DNA of 64,000 nt from an uncultured delta proteobacterium (GCA_963711835.1 CAVQFQ010000017.1:480001-544000), one strand, 5' to 3'; positions 1 through 10,607 are shown, numbered from the stretch's first letter. The notes: generated from the letters alone by a model not told the origin. Made by a program: numbers and translations.

Positions 1-666
1 CTGGGGACCTCCCTCGGCGATCTTGGTGCCGCTTTCCAGGACGATCACCCGTTTGCTTAAGCGCATGACCAATTCCATGACATGCTCGGTCAGCAGGAGA
101 GTGATTTTCTTTTCCTGATTGATCTGTCGCAGCAGGCCGATCAATTCCTCAATCTCGGTGGGGTTCAACCCGGCGGCCACCTCGTCCAGCAGGATCATTT
201 TCGGCTCGGTGGCCAGGGCGGTGGCCAGGGCCACCCTTTTCTGGGCCGCCACGGGTATTTCAGTCATCAGGTCCTTGGCCCGGCCCTCAATACCCATGAA
301 GCCCATGACTTCCTGGGAGCGGCGCCTGGCTTCTTTCCTCGAGGCGGTCCGCAGGAAGGCCCCGATCATCACATTTTCCAGAGCATTTAAATCCCCCGAG
401 GCCACAAAAACCTGGAAGGTCCGGGCCAGGCCCAGCCGGGCGATTTCAAAATCCTTGAGAGGCGTAATGTCCTGGCCGTTAAAAAGGACCTGGCCGGAGG
501 TCACCGGGTAGTGCCCGGCGATACAATTGAACAGGGTGGTCTTGCCGGCTCCGTTCGGGCCGATGAGCCCGACGATCTCCCCTTCTTCAACCCGGAAGGA
601 GACCTGCTGATTGGCCCGCAGCCCCCCAAAATTCTTGGTTACCTCCCGAACCTCTAAAAGGCTCAT
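1..666 (-). CDS. livG: Branched-chain amino acid-type ABC transporter ATP-binding protein (LivG-like), runs off the left edge
   Basis: Hand translation from ATG at 666: [47 protein letters not shown] (Walker A); ATGA overlap with the stop of the upstream permease. Confidence 0.85.
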   Translation of the reverse strand, partial: MSLLEVREVTKNFGGLRANQQVSFRVEEGEIVGLIGPNGAGKTTLFNCIAGHYPVTSGQVLFNGQDITPLKDFEIARLGLARTFQVFVASGDLNALENVMIGAFLRTASRKEARRRSQEVMGFMGIEGRAKDLMTEIPVAAQKRVALATALATEPKMILLDEVAAGLNPTEIEELIGLLRQINQEKKITLLLTEHVMELVMRLSKRVIVLESGTKIAEGGPQ

Positions 667-1676
667 CGGGATTTCCTGCCTTGGCGCCGAATCTTTTCCA
701 CGATTCCCCAAATGCCTCTCGGTTCAAAGGCCGCCACCACCATAATGATGGCGCTGTACAGGATGAGGTCGATTCCGACCAGGCCGGCATGGGCCCCCAG
801 CCATTCTTTGAGATAGCTTTTCAGCGGAATCAGGATGGCGGCTCCGATGATCGGCCCCCATAAGGAACCCGCCCCGCCCAACATGGCCATCAGGGCGATC
901 AGGACCGAGATGTCCAGACTCATGGTATCTTCGGGTTCGATATTTTTGATATAGCAGGCATGGAAGGATCCCACGACGCTGACAAAGGCCGTAGCCACGG
1001 CATAGGTTTTGATCTTGGCCCAGTGGACATCAATGCCCAGGGATCGGGCGATATCCTCGTTATCCTTGATCGAGCGCAATTGAAAACCCAGACGCGACTT
1101 GCGGAACCAGTTCATGTAAAAGAAGGCGATAAAAAAGATCCCCAGGATGATGAAGTAATAATAGATATCCTCTTTAAAAATCAGCCGCCAGAAATCCGGG
1201 GGCTGGTATTTTATAGGGGAAATTTCCAGGCCCCGGGAGGCACCCACGAAATTCCAGATCTCAAAAATATCCTTCAGCACCAGGGAAGTGGCAATGGTGG
1301 CGATGGCAAAGTAATGGCCTTTGAGCCGGAATAAAGGATAGCCGATGATAAACGACCAGCCTACGGCGAAGCCCAGCCCGATCGGCATGGAGAACCAAAA
1401 GGGGATATCGTAGCGGATCAACATGACGGCCGTGGTATAAGCCCCGATACCGACATACTGGGCCTTGCCCAGGTCAACCTGGCCGCCGTAGCCGCCGATG
1501 GTATTCCAACCCATGCCGTAGACACTGAACATCAGGAATTGAATCATGGTGGCCATGGCAAAGGAGGAATGGGGGAAGATCGGGAACAGGATGAGAAAGA
1601 GGCCCACCAGAGCGGCCAGGAGGCGGTCCAGGCGGGGGAAATCGGAAAAATCCAGGGCGTTTCTTATTGCTTCCAT
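663..1676 (-). CDS. livM: ABC transporter permease (LivM-like)
   Basis: Hydrophobic ORF with GYGGQVDLG, RLKGHYFAIAT and GGAGSLWGPIIGA motifs of HAAT permeases. Confidence 0.85.
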   Translation of the reverse strand: MEAIRNALDFSDFPRLDRLLAALVGLFLILFPIFPHSSFAMATMIQFLMFSVYGMGWNTIGGYGGQVDLGKAQYVGIGAYTTAVMLIRYDIPFWFSMPIGLGFAVGWSFIIGYPLFRLKGHYFAIATIATSLVLKDIFEIWNFVGASRGLEISPIKYQPPDFWRLIFKEDIYYYFIILGIFFIAFFYMNWFRKSRLGFQLRSIKDNEDIARSLGIDVHWAKIKTYAVATAFVSVVGSFHACYIKNIEPEDTMSLDISVLIALMAMLGGAGSLWGPIIGAAILIPLKSYLKEWLGAHAGLVGIDLILYSAIIMVVAAFEPRGIWGIVEKIRRQGRKSR

Positions 1677-2578
1677 CCGAAGAGACCCCGGGGCCGAAAA
1701 ACCATGATCAGAAAATAGGCCAGGTAAACCAGCGTGTATTTGAGCGAGGTCATGGGGACCTTTTCCATCCAGGTCAGATGGAAGGTGTAGGTGAAAAAAT
1801 CCCAGATCCCCGGCACTTCGGTGATAAGCCCGACGACCAGACCGGCCATGAAGGCCCCGGGCACGCTGCCGAAACCGCCTAAGGCCACAATGGTAAAGGC
1901 GATCATGGTAAAGAGCAGGCCCACGAAGGGGTTGACGGACCAGAAATTGACCAGCAGGGCCCCGGCCAGGGTAGCGGTGGCCCCGCCCAGACCCCAGGCC
2001 AGGGCGTTCATCCTTTCGGTCTTGATCCCCATGAAGCGGGCCCCTTCGGCGTTCAGGGCGGTGGCGGTCAGGGCCTTGCCGATCTTGGTCCGGTTCATCA
2101 ACAGCCAGATCGAACCAAAGGCCAGCACGGACAGGGCCGCGGCCGCCAGCTTAGTCACCGGCAGGACCACTCCCATTCCGGCTTCCAGGCTTTTCCCGAC
2201 CAGGATCCCCTGGTGGATGCCCCGGTCCTCCGAACCCATAAACAATAAGGCCAGATTGCGTAAAAAAAGCATCAGGCCGAAGGTCCCTAAGAGCTGGGCC
2301 AGCATGGGGCCGCGCAGCAGGAACTTGGCCAGCCCGTAATAGCACAAGAGTCCCAAAGCAAATCCCACCACGGCCGCCACCGGCAATCCCCAGAGCGGAT
2401 CCATTCCGGTGGCCTGGGCGGTCAGCAGGCCGGCATACATGCCGATCATCAAATATTCGCCATGGGCGAAGTTGACCATATCCATCACCCCGAAGATGAT
2501 GGTCAAGCCCAGGGCCACAATGGCCAGGACCATCCCCAGCAGGAGACCGGAAACAAGGGCGCTGAGAAGAATTTCCAT
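1664..2578 (-). CDS. livH: ABC transporter permease (LivH-like)
   Basis: ALGLTIIFGVMDMVNFAHGE and GGFGSVPGA motifs; start reassigned to ATG 2578 (MEILL). Confidence 0.85.
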   Translation of the reverse strand: MEILLSALVSGLLLGMVLAIVALGLTIIFGVMDMVNFAHGEYLMIGMYAGLLTAQATGMDPLWGLPVAAVVGFALGLLCYYGLAKFLLRGPMLAQLLGTFGLMLFLRNLALLFMGSEDRGIHQGILVGKSLEAGMGVVLPVTKLAAAALSVLAFGSIWLLMNRTKIGKALTATALNAEGARFMGIKTERMNALAWGLGGATATLAGALLVNFWSVNPFVGLLFTMIAFTIVALGGFGSVPGAFMAGLVVGLITEVPGIWDFFTYTFHLTWMEKVPMTSLKYTLVYLAYFLIMVFRPRGLFGWKQ

Positions 2579-2715
2579 AGGGCGGGCCCCTAAACCGAAG
2601 ACGTTTTGGAAACGATAATAAATCGGGTGAGCACGTTTTCCTCGGCTGTCGCCTGAGCCGGGAGGAAACGACCGGGACAGCCTCAGGCCGGTCAGGCGGC
2701 CGAAGGCCAAACCGC

Positions 2716-2760
2716 CCGATCCGAGTTCGTCCGGCCTAGGGCTGGACGAACTCGGATCGG
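2716..2760. repeat. Intergenic hairpin (REP-like or mRNA-stabilising)
   Basis: Perfect 17-bp inverted repeat CCGATCCGAGTTCGTCC / GGACGAACTCGGATCGG between the binding-protein and permease genes. Confidence 0.7.
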
Positions 2761-2804
2761 CTTTCGGCTAGGGGTGTCTCCGGGCCGGCGGCAAAAAAGA
2801 AAAC

Positions 2805-4109
2805 TTAAAAACCCTTAAAAGGGAAAATCATATTGGCGGAAGCCACATCAAAGGGATAAACGATTTCCAGGGTAATGGCACCGTCTTTCCCTTTTTGATA
2901 CTGGCCGATCATCCCCGAACCTAAGATGTTTTGACCCAGATCGTCGCCGCTGGTGGCGAATTTGATGCCGGCCCAGGGAACGATCAGTTGATCACCGGGG
3001 ATAGTAATGGCGTTGGCCGCCTTCTGAATATCGGCCGGTTTGGTGGATCCGGCTTTTTCCAGGACTTCCACCCAGGCCTGGAGGCCGGTAAAGGACCGGG
3101 CCGAAGCGCCGCTCAGGTCGTGGCCGGTTTTATTCTTGTAGAATTCATTAATCTGCCCGGCTACCTTTTTGACCGTGGCCACTTTGGGCAGGAAAACGGT
3201 CCGGGTTAAGACCCCGATAATATCATCGCCCAGGGTGGTCCTGAATTCCGGGGCTTCAAAGCCGGCATTCTGGCCCCAGACGAGCTTGGGCTGGGCCTTC
3301 TGAGCCTTCAGGGTTTTCAGCATCAGGATGGCGTCGGAGGCGTAGGAGGCGAAGAGCATGGCATCGGGTTTAACGGCCTTCAGAGATCCTACTTCACTGG
3401 AAAGATCGGTCGATTTGGAGGCATAGAGGATGGACTTTCGGACATTAAATCCATACTCCTTGGCGAAGGTTTCAATTAATTGCGATACGTGGGAGCCCCA
3501 TTCCGTCTTTTCACAGGCCGAAGCCAGGTCGGCAATCTGGTCTTTGGCTACGGCCTTGACGCCCTTGGCCTTCCCCTCGGTCAACCCTTTCATGAATTCG
3601 AAAAGGTCCCGGGTAAAGGTCACATCATGAGGCGTGGTGCGCCAGAACCATTTGAAGCCCCGCTTGGTCAGATCCGGCGAAGTGGAGGAATCATTGATCA
3701 TCGGTATTCCGTACTGTTCGCAGACCGCACTGACCGTCTTGGTCACGGCGCTGTGATAGCAGCCTAAGATGCCGACCACCTTGTCGTCCAGAATCAGTTT
3801 CTTGGCCAGGTCGGCCCCCTGGGTGGGGTTTCCTTCATGGTCCTTAAAGATCAATTCGATTTTGGCCCCGCCCAGGCTTTTGATGCCGGCGTTTTTGGCC
3901 ATGTTCATGGCGATAGCGGGATAGGCATTATTGACGATCTCCAGAGCCAGTTCGGCCCCGGCCCGAAGTTCCCGCCCTTCCGCGGCGGCTCCGCCGGTCA
4001 AGGGGTAGATGACCCCGATCTTGATCACATCGGCGGCCTGGACCTGTCCCATATTCAGGGACACGAGCGCGGTTAGGGCCAGCACCAAAAAAAACAGGTT
4101 GCGTTTCAT
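2805..4109 (-). CDS. ABC transporter substrate-binding protein (LivK/Leu-binding family)
   Basis: Signal peptide; IKIGVIYPLTG, GCYHSAVT and WFWRTTPHD motifs; first gene of the liv-type operon. Confidence 0.85.
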   Translation of the reverse strand: MKRNLFFLVLALTALVSLNMGQVQAADVIKIGVIYPLTGGAAAEGRELRAGAELALEIVNNAYPAIAMNMAKNAGIKSLGGAKIELIFKDHEGNPTQGADLAKKLILDDKVVGILGCYHSAVTKTVSAVCEQYGIPMINDSSTSPDLTKRGFKWFWRTTPHDVTFTRDLFEFMKGLTEGKAKGVKAVAKDQIADLASACEKTEWGSHVSQLIETFAKEYGFNVRKSILYASKSTDLSSEVGSLKAVKPDAMLFASYASDAILMLKTLKAQKAQPKLVWGQNAGFEAPEFRTTLGDDIIGVLTRTVFLPKVATVKKVAGQINEFYKNKTGHDLSGASARSFTGLQAWVEVLEKAGSTKPADIQKAANAITIPGDQLIVPWAGIKFATSGDDLGQNILGSGMIGQYQKGKDGAITLEIVYPFDVASANMIFPFKGF

Positions 4110-4172
4110 ACTCTCCTCCTTGGGCTAAAGGGTTTAAAAACACAGGACGGTTCACCGGGTAAACCGTGGGCT

Positions 4173-4202
4173 ACTATAAAAGAAACCCGGGGCTCCTGTC
4201 AA
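4173..4202 (-). promoter_or_regulatory. Putative sigma70 promoter of the ABC operon, overlapping a GC hairpin (4185-4224) that may terminate the M20 gene
   Basis: Minus strand TTGACA-N18-TATAGT; hairpin followed by TTCTTTT. Confidence 0.45.
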
Positions 4203-4249
4203 GAGCCTGGACGGGAGCCCGGGTGATCAGGTCTTGAGGGGGTAAAAAA

Positions 4250-5491
4250 TTAATCCTGGCAAAACAAATGGGCAAAAACCAGGGCATCCTTGATCAGGGA
4301 AGAAAGCGGACAGGATTCATTCGGTTGGTGGGCGGTTTCCGAGGAGGTCATCCAGACCGCGGCGGGAAGACCCTCTTTCCGGAAGAAGGCGGCCACAGTG
4401 GCCCCGCCGATGCCCTGGGGACGGGCTTCTCGGCCATAAACAGCCTTGATCGCCTGTTGCAGGGCCAGGACCACCGGGGCCTTATCCGGGGTCGGAGGAG
4501 GGGCCTGGACGGCGTTTATGACTTCCAGGCCTATATGCAGTCCGGTGTCGGTGGCCACCTCTTTGGCGATGCTTTTTATTTTTTTTACCACGTCGGTTAA
4601 GGGATAGGCCGGCAGGATACGGCAATCCAGAAAAAAAATGTCCTGCCCGGGTATGGTGTTGACATTGGGCACATTGGCCTCTTTTTGAGTCGGCTCAAAG
4701 GTGCTTCGGGGGAGATCAAAACGGGGATCTTCCTTATCGAATTGTTCAGGAAGTCTTTCCAAGGCGTTGATCAAGCGCGCGGTTCCCCGCAAGGTATTCA
4801 GTCCCAGGTCCGGCCGACTGGCATGGCATTGCCTGCCGGTCAGGGTGAATTTTAACCACAACAGGCTTTTCTCAGCCACCTCGATCAGGGTGCCTTCCCG
4901 ATTTCCGGCATCCGGAACAACAATTAAATCCTCCGGTCGGAAGAGAGAACGTTTCTTTTTTAAAACATATTCCAAACCCTTTTGACTCCCGGTCTCTTCA
5001 TCGGAAACGAAAATAAGACCAATGGAGGAAGCCGGCTGGATTTTTTCCTTCTGGAGGGCCTTGACGGCGAAGTAGGAGGATACGATGCCGTGCTGGTTGT
5101 CTTCCACGCCCCGTCCGAAAAGGGTCCGCCCTTTTACCTTCAACTGAAAGGGATCGCTCCGCCATAATTTCCGGTCGCCCGGGGGGACGATATCCATATG
5201 GCTCAAGATCCAGACCCTTCTCGAACGGCTCTTCCCCTCAAAAATGGAGAGAAGGTTGGGCCGGCCTTTTGAGGGGACCCGGGCATCCGGGCAGGTCACC
5301 TTAAGGGATCGCCCGGGATGTAAGGCTTTTAATTTATTTTCCAGGTAGCGGGCCTTGGCCTCCTCTCCCTGCCCGCCATTTTGCGGTCCCAAGGCCGGGA
5401 TGGCCGTCAACTCCCGTTGCATGGCCACCATCTCCTTCTGGTAAAGGGTAATCCTTTTTTTTAGGCCTTGCCAAAGACTTCCCGGAATCAT
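4250..5491 (-). CDS. M20 family metallopeptidase/deacylase (DapE/ArgE-like)
   Basis: SHMDIVPPG, GRGVEDN, DEETGS, HASRP and AHQPNE metal-binding motifs. Confidence 0.85.
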   Translation of the reverse strand: MIPGSLWQGLKKRITLYQKEMVAMQRELTAIPALGPQNGGQGEEAKARYLENKLKALHPGRSLKVTCPDARVPSKGRPNLLSIFEGKSRSRRVWILSHMDIVPPGDRKLWRSDPFQLKVKGRTLFGRGVEDNQHGIVSSYFAVKALQKEKIQPASSIGLIFVSDEETGSQKGLEYVLKKKRSLFRPEDLIVVPDAGNREGTLIEVAEKSLLWLKFTLTGRQCHASRPDLGLNTLRGTARLINALERLPEQFDKEDPRFDLPRSTFEPTQKEANVPNVNTIPGQDIFFLDCRILPAYPLTDVVKKIKSIAKEVATDTGLHIGLEVINAVQAPPPTPDKAPVVLALQQAIKAVYGREARPQGIGGATVAAFFRKEGLPAAVWMTSSETAHQPNESCPLSSLIKDALVFAHLFCQD

Positions 5492-6843
5492 TGGATTTTT
5501 CGGAAGGAGGTGACCTTCTGATAGTCTTCCAGTTGAGCGGTTAAAAAATGGACCTGCCGGGAGAGTTCCGGATTTTTTTTCAGGCCCTTCTCCACGGCAT
5601 TAACAGCGTAGATTACGGAGGTGCTGTCCCGGTTGAAGGCCTGGCCTATGTTTTCCAAAGTCTGATTGGTAAATTTTTTGCTGAGGTAGATGGAAAGGTT
5701 CCGGGGATTCAAATGGATCTTTTTCCTGGATTTGGAAATCATTTCCTCGGCTGAAACCCGGAAATATTTCCCCACCAGGTCCTTGATGGCCTTAATCGAC
5801 AGTTCCTGACGTTCCTGGATCTGTTCCCGGACGACCATTTCCGCCAGCGAAAGATCCGGGGCCTGATTGAGTAAGGTGGATTGGGCCGACATCCTGATCA
5901 AACAACTCTCCAACTGCCGGACATCCCGGAAGGGTTGGCTGGCTAAATAGGCCTTGACTTCGGGGTGGAGTCCAATGCCCAAGAGGGTTGTTTTCTTCTC
6001 CACAATCCCTAATCGGGTTTCAAAATCAGGCGGTTCAATGGCGCTTAATAAAGCGGAACTAAATCGTGATTTTAACTTATTGCCCAGGTGGGGAATATCT
6101 TTGGGAGGCAGCGAACTGGTGAAGATGACCTTTTTATTATAATTAAAAAGGGCGTCCAGGGTATAGCCCAATTCGGTCTGAGTGGTTTCTTTCCCGCTTA
6201 AAAAATTAACCTCCTCCAATAACAAAAAGTCGCAGTTCTTTCGATATTTATCCTTAAAGGATTCCATCTTACTGGTTTTTAAGGAAGCGATCATCTCGTT
6301 GGTAAAATCTTCGACTGAAAGATAGAGGACCTTGGCTGCGGGTTTGTGTTTTATGAGGTAATTCCCGACCGCCTGGGAGAGATGGGTCTTGCCTAAGCCG
6401 CTATGGGAAAAAAGAAACAGGGCATTATTATGCATATTCTTGTCTGAAGCCAGGGCTAATGAGGCTTGAAAAGCGAAATTATTCGTGGGGCCGGTTACAA
6501 ACTGATCGAAGGTAAAACTTCCGTTCAGTCGCAGGCATCCCGGCCGGGCAAAGCCCGGAATGAAGAATTGCTCCGGCTTGGAAGAAGGAGGTAAAGCCGT
6601 CTGAGGGGGGGAGACCTGGAAGCCGATCCTGGGAGGAATGGAAGTCATTTCGTTGGCCACAGCCCGGATGGCCGTAACATATCTTTCTTTGACCCAATTC
6701 AGGAAAAATTGGCTGGGGCAGCTTAACAGGATTTCTTCTTCGCCGGCACGAACGACCTCCAGGGGTTCGATCCACATCCGATAGGCCTTTTCGGGGATCT
6801 CGACCTGGAGCCGTTTCTTAATGCCTTGCCAGAATGATTCCAT
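5488..6843 (-). CDS. dnaA: DnaA-family replication initiator (divergent, possibly a second paralog)
   Basis: Domain I (WIEPL), AAA+ domain (FTFDQFVTG, GLGKTHL, SRF, PDFETR, RQLE) and domain IV HTH; start taken at ATG 6843 (MESFWQ). Confidence 0.8.
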   Translation of the reverse strand: MESFWQGIKKRLQVEIPEKAYRMWIEPLEVVRAGEEEILLSCPSQFFLNWVKERYVTAIRAVANEMTSIPPRIGFQVSPPQTALPPSSKPEQFFIPGFARPGCLRLNGSFTFDQFVTGPTNNFAFQASLALASDKNMHNNALFLFSHSGLGKTHLSQAVGNYLIKHKPAAKVLYLSVEDFTNEMIASLKTSKMESFKDKYRKNCDFLLLEEVNFLSGKETTQTELGYTLDALFNYNKKVIFTSSLPPKDIPHLGNKLKSRFSSALLSAIEPPDFETRLGIVEKKTTLLGIGLHPEVKAYLASQPFRDVRQLESCLIRMSAQSTLLNQAPDLSLAEMVVREQIQERQELSIKAIKDLVGKYFRVSAEEMISKSRKKIHLNPRNLSIYLSKKFTNQTLENIGQAFNRDSTSVIYAVNAVEKGLKKNPELSRQVHFLTAQLEDYQKVTSFRKIQ

Positions 6844-7625
6844 AAAAAAGAAGTCCCTTACCGAACCTTCGGTCTGCTTCAACATGAATGAGGGTGAATG
6901 ATATCTTAAAAAAGCATCCCACAGCCGACCCCGGGAATGAGGGTCCCTGTGAAGAGGGAAAAGGATCAATTATAAAGAAAGGATCGTTTAGGTTGATTTC
7001 GTTGAAATGAATTGAGTGGAGTTTTATCCGAACTAAAACCTCCTGTCAAACGGAATAAAGCCAATTTTATAGTTAGCTCCTTCCCTGAAGGGCCGGGCGC
7101 CGGAAGGGCCGTGACTTCTGTCTGCCGGATCATCTCCTCCGGCTAAGTGACTAATACTCTTTTTTATAATAAGATTCTAAAAATTTTTAACTAATTGTCG
7201 GGGTTAGCCTGATTCCGGCGAAAAGGAGAAGGTTTCCCCTGTTCAGCGATCTTTTGTTTCCTACCCTTTCCTTTTTTTTTTAAAGCCTGCCCTCCTTTCA
7301 GGGTTACAATTACGCCTTCGCGGATGCCTAATCTTTAAAAAGGGGTGATAATCAAAAGGTTGTTACAAGGCCCAGCCCTCTTCCTATCGCCAATAAACGC
7401 TTCAAGGGAGATCCCTTCCAGAAATGGTATCTTATCAACAGGATATTCCCCTAAAAATTTTTTCACTTTCCCAATTTTTTTTGTTCTTGTCAAATTGCCC
7501 TGATCAAGTAAACTCCCGGTAACCGGTTCTTATAGGGAAAAGATGTTTTCGGCTGAAAGCTGTCCGCGATCAGCTTTCAGCCATCAGTGAAAAACCTTAA
7601 CCAAATGGTTTAAGCGGAGAAAAAA

Positions 7626-7985
7626 ATGATCCTGCGCAATCTCAGTCATCCGGAAGTCATAGCCACCCGCTACCGGGCCCATGAAGGGGGCACGGCCCAC
7701 ATGATTCTGGATACCCGGCATCTCCAAACGTTGATGTTCTTGGCCCAGGCTTCCCTGCCCCCTGGAGAGCGGCTCAGCGGCCATAGCGACCCCATGGAAG
7801 AAATATATATCATCCAGACCGGAAAGGGTCGGATGCAGGTGGGCCAAGAAGTGCAGGAGGTGGGGCCCGGCGATGCCATCCCTATCCCGATCGGTCATTA
7901 TCATGAACTGACCAATACCGGTCCGGAACAGCTTACCCTTTTGGTGGTCGCCGGCTTGATTCCCGGCCGGAACCGCCAGCCATGA
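7626..7985 (+). CDS. Cupin domain protein
   Basis: HSDPMEEIYIIQTGKG...GDAIPIPIGHYHELTNTG cupin motifs. Confidence 0.8.
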   Translation: MILRNLSHPEVIATRYRAHEGGTAHMILDTRHLQTLMFLAQASLPPGERLSGHSDPMEEIYIIQTGKGRMQVGQEVQEVGPGDAIPIPIGHYHELTNTGPEQLTLLVVAGLIPGRNRQP

Positions 7986-8058
7986 TTTCGTCAATTCCCT
8001 AAGGGAGTTGGACCCCATTGCTTATCGATTTCCTGAAACCGGACGGGCCATTTTTTTC

Positions 8059-8113
8059 TTGACAGGGATTTCCTCCTTGTTCTATATAGAAATTATAAAT
8101 TCTCCATAGAGAA
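8059..8113 (+). promoter_or_regulatory. Putative promoter/operator of the IclR operon
   Basis: TTGACA at 8059, perfect palindrome TTCTATATAGAA (8080-8091) and related TTCTCCATAGAGAA (8100-8113). Confidence 0.4.
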
Positions 8114-8118
8114 TAAGA

Positions 8119-8901
8119 ATGGCCGACCAATCGGAAAAGAAAAAGATCCACTTTAAACGCGTACCGGCCCTGGATAAGGGCTTCCGAATGTTGGAAATCC
8201 TGTCTGAGGCCCAAGCTCCCCTGGGCGTCACCGAACTGGCCGACCGCCTGGGTTTCCACAAGAGCACGGTTTTCAATATCATGTACACCCTGTTGGATCT
8301 GGGTGTTCTGGAAAAAGCTCCGGCGAACAAGGTTCGCCTGGGAATGAAATTTTACACCTTGAGCCGGCCTTCGGCCGCCGGCGCTTTCATGATCTCGAAG
8401 ATAAGGCCCTTTCTGGAGGAGATCAATCGAAAAACGAAGTTCTCCGTATTCCTGGGAGTACGGTCCGCCCTCAAGGCGGTCATCCTGGATAAGGTGGATT
8501 CCAGCCAGGAGATCCGGGTATCTTCCTCCCGGGGCATGAAGATCCCCCTGATCGCCGGATCTCACGGGAAAGCCCTTTTGTCCCTGCTCCCGGAAAGCCA
8601 ACTCGATGAAATCCTGGTGGAGAGGAACCTAAAGAAATTTACGGCCCACACCTGCACCAACCCCCAGTCCTTTAAACACCTCGTGCGAAAAACGGCCAGG
8701 GATCGATTTGCCCTGGATAACGAAGAATACCTGGAAGGCATACGCTCTATGGCGATTCCCCTCAATTTGGGTCGCCCCGAAGTCCAGACCGCTATCTGGT
8801 TGGTCGGTCTGAAAAACCAGATCGCTGACGAAATGATCCCTAATTTTAGGGACCTTTTGAAAAAAATAGGCCTGCAAATCGAAACCCTCTTCTCAGCGTA
8901 G
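8119..8901 (+). CDS. IclR family transcriptional regulator
   Basis: VPALDKGFRMLEIL N-terminal HTH (HKSTV); C-terminal GKALL and DNEEYLEGIRSMAIP. Confidence 0.9.
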   Translation: MADQSEKKKIHFKRVPALDKGFRMLEILSEAQAPLGVTELADRLGFHKSTVFNIMYTLLDLGVLEKAPANKVRLGMKFYTLSRPSAAGAFMISKIRPFLEEINRKTKFSVFLGVRSALKAVILDKVDSSQEIRVSSSRGMKIPLIAGSHGKALLSLLPESQLDEILVERNLKKFTAHTCTNPQSFKHLVRKTARDRFALDNEEYLEGIRSMAIPLNLGRPEVQTAIWLVGLKNQIADEMIPNFRDLLKKIGLQIETLFSA

Positions 8902-8943
8902 GGCGATGTTTTTCGAAGCAGGCAACAGGAGGTTCCTCTCGAG

Positions 8944-10275
8944 ATGACGGAAAAAGGCAGGCACTACTGGAATCCCTGGCTGGAGACTCTGGATCCGGAA
9001 GGGTTGAGGTCCATTGAGCTGATGAATCTCGGCAAGCTGATTCGCTATGCCAAGGATCATTCCCCTTTTTATCGGGAGAGGTATAAAGACATTTTTCCCG
9101 AGGATATCAAAACTCTTGAGATCGCCAGGCGACTCCCCTTCATCGACAAAGAGGATCTCCGGAAAGCCCAGGAGGGCAAGGAACCGTTTCCTTACGGAGA
9201 AATGGTAGGGGTGGACCTTAAAGAGGTTGCTGATTTTCACCAAACCTCGGGGACCACTGGAAGACCGGTCTATGTCCCTGAATCCTACGAAAGCTGGCAA
9301 TGGCGGGTGGAAGTCTGGTGCCATATCCTCTGGATGGCCGGTTTCCGGGAGACCGACCGTGTCTTTATCCCTTTTGGGTACAACGTCTATGTGGCCTTTT
9401 GGGAAGGCCATTACGCCGCCGAAAAACTCGGCTGCGAAGTGGTCCCCGGCGGCGCCCTGGATACCCTGGGCCGGATCAACAAGATGATTGAAGTGAGGGC
9501 CACCGCCCTGATGAACACGCCCACCTATGGATTGCATCTGGCTGAGGAGGCGTTGAAAAAAGGGATCGATCCCAGGACCATCGGCATTAGAAGAATGCTG
9601 TGCGCCGGAGAGCCCTTGCCCCAGGCCACCCGATTAAGGTTGGAACAGGTCTGGGGGGCCGAAGTGTATGACCATATCGGAGGGACTGAGCCCTGTGCCT
9701 GGGCGGCCATGTGCAGCCGGAGAAAGGGCCTTCACCTGATGGAACCTTTCTTTTTCCTGGAAATCCTGGACCTGGAAACCTTGACCCGGGAGGTAGACCC
9801 CGGGGAACTGGGAGTGGCGGTGGTCACCCCCTTGGGGAGGCGTTCTTTTCCCCTGATCCGCTTTAACACCAAAGACGTGGTCCGGCGGGGGGAGGACGGC
9901 TGCCCCTGCGGGCGGACCTCCAGGATGATCGAAGCCGTGGTCGGACGGACGGACGATTTAAGAAAAATCAGGGGGGTCCTCTTTACTCCGGTTACCGTGG
10001 AAGAGGTCATTCGAAAGGAATTCCCGGAAATCGTTGAATATGAAATCCAGGTGGAGCGCCGGGCACTGATGGACGAAATCGCCCTCAAGGTAGAGTTCCA
10101 GGAAGAAATGTCCTCCGACAATTTTAAGGATTTTTCGCGCCGGATCTCGGAAAGACTGAAAATAAAAACCAACCTGAGATTTCTGACCGTGCTGGTAAGG
10201 CCCGGGGCACTTCCCCGCTACACCTTAAAATCCAAGCGCTTTAAAGACCTGCGGGAGGAAAAGGCCGATGAATAA
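8944..10275 (+). CDS. Phenylacetate-CoA ligase family (PaaK-like) aryl-CoA ligase
   Basis: HQTSGTTGRP, AGEP, PLIRFNTKD and GRTDDLRKIRGV motifs. Confidence 0.85.
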   Translation: MTEKGRHYWNPWLETLDPEGLRSIELMNLGKLIRYAKDHSPFYRERYKDIFPEDIKTLEIARRLPFIDKEDLRKAQEGKEPFPYGEMVGVDLKEVADFHQTSGTTGRPVYVPESYESWQWRVEVWCHILWMAGFRETDRVFIPFGYNVYVAFWEGHYAAEKLGCEVVPGGALDTLGRINKMIEVRATALMNTPTYGLHLAEEALKKGIDPRTIGIRRMLCAGEPLPQATRLRLEQVWGAEVYDHIGGTEPCAWAAMCSRRKGLHLMEPFFFLEILDLETLTREVDPGELGVAVVTPLGRRSFPLIRFNTKDVVRRGEDGCPCGRTSRMIEAVVGRTDDLRKIRGVLFTPVTVEEVIRKEFPEIVEYEIQVERRALMDEIALKVEFQEEMSSDNFKDFSRRISERLKIKTNLRFLTVLVRPGALPRYTLKSKRFKDLREEKADE

Positions 10276-10474
10276 GCCGGAGAAAAAATCCTTAGGGGAA
10301 AATCTTGAAGCCATACGGACTATCGTTGACCAGATGGAAAGACTCCTGGGGGATTTGCAGGAACTGGGCCGGGACGCACCGGTCATCGAGAAGAATGCCA
10401 AGGCCATGATGAGTTTCGTTGCTATCCTGCGCTACGGCATATCCGATATTATTACTATTAGAAATTTGGAATAA
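10268..10474 (+). CDS. Small hypothetical protein
   Basis: 68-aa ORF overlapping the ligase stop, with plausible RBS. Confidence 0.55.
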   Translation: MNKPEKKSLGENLEAIRTIVDQMERLLGDLQELGRDAPVIEKNAKAMMSFVAILRYGISDIITIRNLE

Positions 10475-10607
10475 ATCCGAATTTCGAAGCACGAAATCCG
10501 AAACAATCTCAAATTTTCAAAATCTAAATTGTTAAAACAATAACTTCAATTTTTGATATGTGGTCATTCGGATTTGTTTCGAATTTCGAAATTCGGATTT
10601 CGAATTT
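10473..10607. repeat. Inverted heptamer-repeat element
   Basis: Left arm AAATCCG-AATTTCG-AAGCACG-AAATCCG-AAACAA (10473-10506) mirrored by TTGTTT-CGAATTT-CGAAATT-CGGATTT-CGAATTT (10574-10607). Confidence 0.75.

Noticed and set aside
6844-7625. oriC upstream of dnaA
   Set aside because: AT-rich, but no cluster of DnaA boxes was seen and dnaN/gyrB are absent.
10473-10607. CRISPR array
   Set aside because: Short inverted heptamers without unique spacers, and no cas genes in the window.
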